A stretch of DNA of 11,259 bases, from contig JBJXGI010000003.1 of the NCBI GenBank assembly GCA_046153645.1, positions 1 through 11,259 of the forward strand. Direction: 5' to 3'. A program made the position numbers and the translations under genes. The stretch comes from Elusimicrobiota bacterium. Its GTDB lineage: Bacteria > Elusimicrobiota > Elusimicrobia > F11. Below the pieces are notes generated by a model. It was not told where the DNA came from. It made no database searches and worked only from the letters and a program-made list of their open reading frames with translations. Of the stretch, positions 1 to 5,556 are shown piece by piece; the first letter of the stretch is position 1; the number at the start of each line of letters is the position of its first letter.

Positions 1-39
1 TACCTTATGGGCGACTGAGTAGCGCTTCGATTTGTTCAT
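1..39 (-). CDS. 5' end of a gene running off the left edge (MNKSKRYSVAHKV...), product unknown
   Basis: Minus-strand ATG at 39-37, open to the window edge, with a Shine-Dalgarno AGGAG (51-47) 7 nt upstream. Only 13 codons are visible. Confidence 0.6.
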   Translation of the reverse strand, partial: MNKSKRYSVAHKV

Positions 40-55
40 GCTCTTTCTCCTATAC

Positions 56-91
56 TAATGAAAAGTTTATTAATAGTTAAACTTATCATTA
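56..91. repeat. Imperfect inverted repeat, 14-bp arms and 8-bp asymmetric spacer (recombination core site or operator)
   Basis: TAATGAAAAGTTTA (56-69) / TTAATAGT (70-77) / TAAACTTATCATTA (78-91). The reverse complement of the right arm is TAATGATAAGTTTA, a 13/14 match. The repeat is directly visible; its function is inferred. Confidence 0.6.
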
Positions 92-172
92 TCATAGGAA
101 GTATTCAATAGGATTGTTGCGATAGGATAGGCCGTAATTTGCAGCGTAATTCCTGCTCGAAATGTACGGATT

Positions 173-373
173 TCACACAACGGGGGTGCTTGCACCGTTT
201 TCGGTGGGAGCTGTCAATGGAATACCGTGGCCTTTACTTACAGCTCCGTTGCCATTGATATGGGGTATGTCGACGACGATGTCGAGTGTATTGGTGACGG
301 CCTCTTTCAGGCTGGATGGAAGTAGGTGGGCATATATCTGCGTGGTCATTGTCGCGCTATTGCCGTTTTGGCC
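173..373 (-). pseudogene. C-terminal remnant of a tyrosine recombinase/integrase
   Basis: The minus frame after TAG (376-374) reads GQNGNSATMTTQIYAHLLPSSLKEAVTNTLDIVV...TPVV* (TGA 175-173). G-N-S-x3-T-T-Q-I-Y-A-H has the spacing of the integrase box II G-H-S-x3-T-T-x-x-Y-x-H with the nucleophile Tyr. The His is replaced by Asn and the rest of the gene is missing. The ATG349 ORF is 58 aa and is absent from the ORF track. Confidence 0.7.
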
Positions 374-417
374 CTACAGTCTGGGTTGGGGATATTCAGC
401 CGGTGCGAGTCGTAATT

Positions 418-446
418 TTGACAGCGTAGTACACGTGTGGTTTAAT
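418..446 (+). promoter_or_regulatory. sigma70-type promoter of the HTH-yhcG operon (-35 TTGACA, 17 bp, extended -10 TGn-TTTAAT)
   Basis: TTGACA 418-423, 17-nt spacer 424-440 with TG at 438-439, TTTAAT 441-446. The palindrome ACACGTGT lies at 431-438 inside the spacer. Confidence 0.75.
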
Positions 447-453
447 GGTCATC

Positions 454-687
454 ATGACAAAAACGCTTGATCCCAAAGCTGTTATCACCACCTCCCAAGC
501 ATGCAAGCTTCTTGGAATTACCCGGCAGACTCTTTATCTCTGGATGGAAAAAGGGAAGGTCAAACCGTGGATGATGGTGGCGGGAGCTACTTGGTTATTC
601 GAGCGAGAAGATATCGAGATGCTCAAGCCCACTCGGTATCAGCGGCAGAATGGACATCAAATACCCCTTAAAAAAATGAGGAGGTAA
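454..687 (+). CDS. Excisionase-like helix-turn-helix DNA-binding protein (HTH_17/MerR-like)
   Basis: ITTSQACKLLGITRQTLYLWMEKGKVKP...WLFEREDIE matches the Xis/HTH_17 pattern. ATG454 is preferred to ATG445 because 445 lies within the -10 box. Confidence 0.85.
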   Translation: MTKTLDPKAVITTSQACKLLGITRQTLYLWMEKGKVKPWMMVAGATWLFEREDIEMLKPTRYQRQNGHQIPLKKMRR

Positions 688-692
688 AACCA

Positions 693-1760
693 ATGAAACA
701 AATGACACGAAAAACAAAGCTTAAAATCGATACCTTGCCAGACGGTTATGGCCGGTTTTTAGAAGGCATCAAGTTCCGAATACGCACGGTCCAGGTGAAA
801 GCCGCTCTCTCGGCCAATCGGGAACTGGTCCTACTCTATTGGGAAATCGGGAGGGAAATATTAGAGCGCCAGAACCGCGAGGGGTGGGGTTCTAAAATCG
901 TGACTCGGTTGTCTCGAGATTTATCCCGTGAATTTCCCGATATGAAGGGATTTTCTCCCCGCAATTTGCTCTTCATGCGGTCGTTTGCTGAGACCTATAA
1001 GGACATCGCAATAGTGAAACAGCTTGTTTCACTAATTCCGTGGGGCCATATCGTCCGGTTGATTCAGACCGTTAACAGCGATCGGGAACGAACCTGGTAT
1101 ATCAGGAAGGCCATTGAACACGGTTGGTCCCGCAACGTTTTAATGATTCAGATCGAACAGAGGCTTTTTCATAGGAAGGGCAAGGCCATCACCAACTTCA
1201 ATCGCACGCTTCCCTCTCCACAGTCTGATCTTGCCAACAATATCCTCAAAGACCCCTATATTTTTGACTTTCTTTCGATTGGAAAGGATGTCCATGAGAG
1301 AGAAATTGAAAAGGCGTTGGTAAGTCATGTTACCCAATTCCTACTTGAGCTGGGCGCCGGCTTTGCGTTTGTTGGCCGCCAATTCCGGATGGAAGTATCC
1401 AATAAGGATTTTTTCATCGATCTTCTCTTTTACCACACAAAGCTCCACTGTTATGTCGCCGTCGAATTGAAGGCCGGTGAGTTCAAGCCGGAGTTCGCGG
1501 GCCAAATCAATTTTTATCTGTCCGCCTTGGATTCCCAGGTGAAAGCAACCGAAGACAAGCCGTCCATTGGTCTCATCCTCTGCGCCAAGAAGGACAAGGT
1601 CGTCGCCGAGTATGCGTTGCGGAACGTCGGCAAGCCGATCGGCGTGGCTCAGTGGCAAACCAAAATTGTCGAGATGTTACCCAAACAGTTGAAAGACAGC
1701 CTCCCTACGGTGGAACAAATTGAAGCCGAGTTTTCGAAGAAGAATGCTAAATCCCGCTGA
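693..1760 (+). CDS. yhcG: YhcG/DUF1016 family PD-(D/E)XK nuclease-domain protein
   Basis: N-terminal NRELVLLYWEIG, GWGSKIV, GFSPRNL, WYI..A...GWS.NVL; C-terminal KDPYIFDFL, FLLELGAGFAFVGRQ, FIDLLFYH..L.CYVAVELK, GQINFY, IGLILC. Strong SD GAGGAGGT at 678-685 overlaps the end of the HTH gene. Confidence 0.93.
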   Translation: MKQMTRKTKLKIDTLPDGYGRFLEGIKFRIRTVQVKAALSANRELVLLYWEIGREILERQNREGWGSKIVTRLSRDLSREFPDMKGFSPRNLLFMRSFAETYKDIAIVKQLVSLIPWGHIVRLIQTVNSDRERTWYIRKAIEHGWSRNVLMIQIEQRLFHRKGKAITNFNRTLPSPQSDLANNILKDPYIFDFLSIGKDVHEREIEKALVSHVTQFLLELGAGFAFVGRQFRMEVSNKDFFIDLLFYHTKLHCYVAVELKAGEFKPEFAGQINFYLSALDSQVKATEDKPSIGLILCAKKDKVVAEYALRNVGKPIGVAQWQTKIVEMLPKQLKDSLPTVEQIEAEFSKKNAKSR

Positions 1761-1889
1761 TCAACTAATTCTTGTTGGAAGCCAGGAATTGCCTGAGGCC
1801 TTTCAATAGTGAAACAGGCCGTTTCATTAATTGCAATGCACCATCGAAAGTGTCATTGCGATTACATGAGGAGATCAAGAAATAATTGA
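1761..1889. other. Structured intergenic element: terminal inverted repeats enclosing three stem-loops (candidate ncRNA, MITE-like element or complex terminator)
   Basis: 1761-1774 pairs with 1876-1889 (12/14). Internal stems are CAGG/CCTG (1783-1795), GGCCTTTCA/TGAAACAGGCC (1797-1820) and TCAT-TAATTGCAATG-CAC/GTG-CATTGCGATTA-ATGA (1824-1869). Confidence 0.45.
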
Positions 1890-1935
1890 AAGAGGCGAGT
1901 GTGTCATAGTCCGTGGGACGCGATCACGATGATCC

Positions 1936-3321
1936 CTACACAACCTTCATCGTTTTCCATTTTCCTTGACGGAAGCGAGCAATCAAGGTAGATGAAATGA
2001 TCAACGAATATAGCGCTGCAAAACCCCACGACCAGTAAACAGCATTATTCCATTCACGAACGAGATAAGTGGGTAAAACCATAATGGGCCATGGAATAAG
2101 TAAGGCCATGATTGAAACAAATCGAGTATCGCCAGCGCCTTTTAGAGCAAAAGAAATATTTAAGTAAATACTATCAAGCACCGTGAACAGGGCGACGATT
2201 TTTAAAAGCCCTGCTGAAATAATGAAAACTTGTGACCATAACTCGGGGTTACTTTTATTTTCAAACCAAGATAAATAAAACTCAGGTATAAATGCGAAAG
2301 AGAGGGCTGCCATCGCCATATAGAGCGAAGAAATTTTGACACCAACCCATGCGTATTTTTCAGCTTCATCGGGGAACCCTTCACCTATTTTTTGCCCGAC
2401 CATGGTCATGACCGATTGTGCCACGCCCAAACTGGGCAAAACAGATAACATCATGACAGTGACTGCGATACTACTGCTTGCAAGTGAGGCTTCTCCATTA
2501 CTGAGTCGACCCATAATGATAAGAAAAGTGGTAAAAGCCAAACCCTCTAATGCCCATTGAAGGCCGCTTGGAACTCCAAATTTTAAGAAGGGTTTCATCA
2601 CATCCCATTTCCATTTCCAAGAAGAGAAAATGTGATAAAGGGGTTCGTTTTTTTTCCTGAAGACCAGCCAGAAGCCATAAAAGGCGGCGATGTAATTGGC
2701 TATGGTGGTCGCATAACCAGCCCCCGCGACTCCAAAGGCGGGAAACCCACCTTTTCCAAATATCAAACAATAATCGAGAATAGCGTTAGCAAGAAGTCCT
2801 ACGAAATTAATCCAAATGACTGTTTGAGTTTTGCCCAGTCCTGTAAAAAAACCACTGGCCACGGCCACAAGAGCCGTTGGTAGTGCCGAATGGGAAATTG
2901 AGTTGTAATAGGCAACCTCATGCTTTTGAACGAGACTGTCGTGTCCTACAAATTGAAAAAAATCATGAGAGAAAAAATTAAATAAAACCATGATGAGGCC
3001 ACCAGCGATGCTGACATAAATGGCTTGCCAAATGGCGGCGCCGATTTTTCGGTCTTCTTTAGCGCCTTTGTATTGAGCGACAAATGTCGTTACGTAACTC
3101 GCGGTTTGCTGTAGGAGCGCCATGGGAACCCAAAATACGCCCATGACAGCCATGGCAGCGCCCAGTGCTTCGGTTGAATGTTTTCCCAAGTAGATGCGGT
3201 CGATGGTCATTTGTAAATTCCAAAAACTATTCGCAATGATGAGGGGCCACGCCATTTGCAATATGTCTTTCCAGGGGTTTTTCTTAGTTAAAGGGCCTTT
3301 CGTATTAATAGGTATATTCAT
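1936..3321 (-). CDS. MATE family efflux transporter
   Basis: 461 aa, highly hydrophobic, two-fold internal symmetry. Motifs: MAWPLII, IDRIYLG, FVAQYKGA, LDYCLIFGKGGFPAFGVAGAGYAT, LKFGVPSG, MVGQKIG, ALKGAGDTR. It starts 11 nt after the LysR stop, so probably co-transcribed. Confidence 0.93.
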   Translation of the reverse strand: MNIPINTKGPLTKKNPWKDILQMAWPLIIANSFWNLQMTIDRIYLGKHSTEALGAAMAVMGVFWVPMALLQQTASYVTTFVAQYKGAKEDRKIGAAIWQAIYVSIAGGLIMVLFNFFSHDFFQFVGHDSLVQKHEVAYYNSISHSALPTALVAVASGFFTGLGKTQTVIWINFVGLLANAILDYCLIFGKGGFPAFGVAGAGYATTIANYIAAFYGFWLVFRKKNEPLYHIFSSWKWKWDVMKPFLKFGVPSGLQWALEGLAFTTFLIIMGRLSNGEASLASSSIAVTVMMLSVLPSLGVAQSVMTMVGQKIGEGFPDEAEKYAWVGVKISSLYMAMAALSFAFIPEFYLSWFENKSNPELWSQVFIISAGLLKIVALFTVLDSIYLNISFALKGAGDTRFVSIMALLIPWPIMVLPTYLVREWNNAVYWSWGFAALYSLIISSTLIARFRQGKWKTMKVV

Positions 3322-3332
3322 TTTTACAGAGT

Positions 3333-4226
3333 TTAACCTAATTTAAAATTTTTCAACAAGTATTCTGCCAAGGGGTTGAGTCGTTTTCGTTTCCTTGTCA
3401 CGAGGTAGACTGATTCGTAAATTTCCAATGATTTATTGATTCCGATCGCCATAAGTGATTTTTTGGGATGGCTCATTTCTACGGTATAGGTATTAAGGGG
3501 AACGACTCCCCGTCCGGAGATTGCCATTCTTCTTGCAACCTCAATATCTTGAATTTCAGCAATGATTTTCGGTTTTACTTTCCATTCTGAAAAAAGATCA
3601 ATGATTTGTTTATGAACTTGACTGGGATGAGAAGGAAGAATAAAAGGGATACTATTAAGGTCTTTTGGAATTGACTGTATTTTTTTCGCGATAGATTTGG
3701 TGCCAAAAAAAACAATGGGTACTTTGGCAATCAAGTGATTATTTAATTCTTCCGATTGATGGCCTCTCATCATAACATCAGTCAAAATGAGATCTAGATT
3801 ATGTTCTTGTAATTGTTTAAGAAGCTCCTCGGTGGTCCCTTCTTGTATGCTGATAAATGCTTTCGGCATAAAATTATACGCACATTCAGTTAACGAATGA
3901 CAAAAAGTTCGAGGCGTTCCATTTAAGACGCCGATTTGAATCGCCAGGCGTTCGGGAAGGCGGTTGTCTCGCAGAACATCTTGAAGCTCTTTTCCTATTT
4001 CAAAAATACTTTCGGCATAATCTAAAACCATCCGCCCATCTTCTGTAAGAATCAAACGTTGTTTTTTTCGTTCAAATAACTTTTTGTTGATTTGTTTTTC
4101 AAATTGCGAAAGTTGTGCGCTTAAGGTTGATTGCGCTAACAGTAAAGAGTCACAAGCCTTTGTTAAGGTTTCAGACTTGGCGATAATGTAGAAATAATAA
4201 AGATGGTGGTAATTAAAAGGAATCAT
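3333..4226 (-). CDS. nhaR: LysR family transcriptional regulator, NhaR-like
   Basis: N-terminus FNYHHLYYF resembles NhaR (INYNHLYYF). LysR HTH region AQSTLSAQLSQFE...LFER...LILTEDG...YAESIFEIG. 297 aa and divergent from antiporter genes. The LysR call is firm; orthology to NhaR is less so. Confidence 0.88.
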   Translation of the reverse strand: MIPFNYHHLYYFYIIAKSETLTKACDSLLLAQSTLSAQLSQFEKQINKKLFERKKQRLILTEDGRMVLDYAESIFEIGKELQDVLRDNRLPERLAIQIGVLNGTPRTFCHSLTECAYNFMPKAFISIQEGTTEELLKQLQEHNLDLILTDVMMRGHQSEELNNHLIAKVPIVFFGTKSIAKKIQSIPKDLNSIPFILPSHPSQVHKQIIDLFSEWKVKPKIIAEIQDIEVARRMAISGRGVVPLNTYTVEMSHPKKSLMAIGINKSLEIYESVYLVTRKRKRLNPLAEYLLKNFKLG

Positions 4227-4270
4227 CGTATTTATAGAACAACTAAATTTAAATTATCTATTTTACAGAA
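4225..4270. promoter_or_regulatory. Two LysR-type T-N11-A boxes
   Basis: TCGTATTTATAGA (4226-4238) and TCTATTTTACAGA (4257-4269). Both are TC-N9-GA in the context A...A and lie 31 bp apart. The first overlaps the regulator's start codon. Confidence 0.6.
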
Positions 4271-4461
4271 TAGCATGAATCCCGCTAAAATTAAAGTATT
4301 AAAATAAATCATTCTTGGTTGGAAAGTGCCCGAGAAGTTATTTCAAATGCGACTCAAAAAAATGACCGATTACTTGCTGAGATCATTAATGGTAGATCGG
4401 ATCGATTTCATCAAGTCATGGCTGGAATTGAATAGCGTTAATATACAAGTGGGGTGAAATT

Positions 4462-5556
4462 ATGTTGTCAAGTGTCGGGTTGTTAATAGGTGGGCTTATT
4501 CTCCTTGTGGTGGGGGCTGAGCTACTCGTCAAAGGTTCTTCTCGGTTTGCGTTAAAGTTGGGTGTTCCTTCAACAGTTATCGGTCTTACCATTGTGGCCT
4601 ATGGAACCAGTGCCCCTGAGATGGTTGTGAGTGCTCAGGCCGCACTTAACGGGCAGTCCGATTTAAGTCTTGGAAATGTTGTTGGAAGTAACATTTTCAA
4701 CATTTTGTTTATTCTTGGGGTATCAGCTGTCATTACGCCTTTGGTTGTTGGTCGCCAAATTATTTGGCAGGAAGTGCCCATTATGATCGGAGTGGCGGTC
4801 CTTCCCTTACTTTTTGGATTTGATGGTGTTATTAGCCTGTTGGATGGGGTGATCCTTTTGATTTTATTAGTTGGGTATACCTGGCTTCAGGTTCGATTGG
4901 CAATGAAGGAAAACAAAACCAAAAAAGAGGACCTTCCAATAAATTCTATTGTGCCAAATACTTGGAATATTCCTGTTTGTTTAATTGCCATTGGCGGGGG
5001 TCTCTTAACCCTCGTTTGGGGTTCTCGTTGGTTTTTAGAAGGAGCTGTTTATGTGGCTCGTTCATTCGGAATGAGTGAACTTGTTATTGGTCTAACCATT
5101 GTTGCGGCCGGCACAAGTCTCCCTGAAGTAGCGACGTCGGTTTTAGCCAGTTTTCGTGGAGAAAAAGACATCGCAGTTGGAAATGTTGTTGGAAGTAACA
5201 TTTTTAATGTGTTAGGTGTGTTGGGAGTCGCTTCCGTTATTGGTCCCAGCGGAATTAGTGTTTCTCCGGCTATTATGCGTTTTGACATTCCTATTATGAT
5301 TGCGGTTTCTATTAGCTGTTTACCTATTTTTATGTCGGGGCATAAAATTGCAAGGTGGGAAGGGTTTTTCTTCTTGTTTTATTTTATTGCTTATACACTC
5401 TTTCTTATTTTAGATGCAACGGGCCATTCTTTGGTTGCACCGTTAAGTGGCGCTATGATGAGTTTGGTTCTTCCGATAACCGTTCTCACATTTATTATCG
5501 TTCTTATTCGAAATTTTCAGAAAAATGACAGCGTGTTAGCCAGAGAGAAAAAATGA
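4462..5556 (+). CDS. yrbG: Calcium/sodium antiporter, CaCA superfamily (YrbG-like)
   Basis: Two alpha repeats: IGLTIVAYGTSAPE...GNVVGSNIFN and IGLTIVAAGTSLPE...GNVVGSNIFN. SD-like GGGGTG lies upstream. Confidence 0.93.
   Translation: MLSSVGLLIGGLILLVVGAELLVKGSSRFALKLGVPSTVIGLTIVAYGTSAPEMVVSAQAALNGQSDLSLGNVVGSNIFNILFILGVSAVITPLVVGRQIIWQEVPIMIGVAVLPLLFGFDGVISLLDGVILLILLVGYTWLQVRLAMKENKTKKEDLPINSIVPNTWNIPVCLIAIGGGLLTLVWGSRWFLEGAVYVARSFGMSELVIGLTIVAAGTSLPEVATSVLASFRGEKDIAVGNVVGSNIFNVLGVLGVASVIGPSGISVSPAIMRFDIPIMIAVSISCLPIFMSGHKIARWEGFFFLFYFIAYTLFLILDATGHSLVAPLSGAMMSLVLPITVLTFIIVLIRNFQKNDSVLAREKK

Noticed and set aside
75..93. Fur-box-like GATAATGATAAGTTTAACT on the minus strand
   Set aside because: Only 13/19 to the consensus and the second half is poor. 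The 14-8-14 repeat explains it better. It cannot be excluded without knowing the downstream gene.
185..258. Short hairpins (GGTGC/GCACC, CACCG/CGGTG, GGAGCTGT/ACAGCTCC) as a tRNA fragment or ncRNA
   Set aside because: No T-loop or CCA signature, the stems are short and conflicting, and they lie inside the integrase remnant frame.
162..470. 102-aa plus-strand ORF in the track
   Set aside because: No SD or recognisable motif. It is antisense to the integrase remnant and runs through the HTH promoter.
1140..1658. Minus-strand ORFs 1140-1337 and 1341-1658
   Set aside because: Antisense shadows of yhcG with no motifs.
1914..1936. GATCA-CGA-TGATC hairpin right after the MATE stop as an intrinsic terminator
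   Set aside because: The stem is short and has no U-tract on either strand.
2202..2883. Four short ORFs overlapping the MATE gene
   Set aside because: Alternative-frame or antisense shadows of a well-supported gene.
4271..4461. Na+/Li+ riboswitch upstream of the antiporters
   Set aside because: The context is suggestive, but I could not recognise a conserved aptamer or terminator by eye. An Rfam cmscan would decide.
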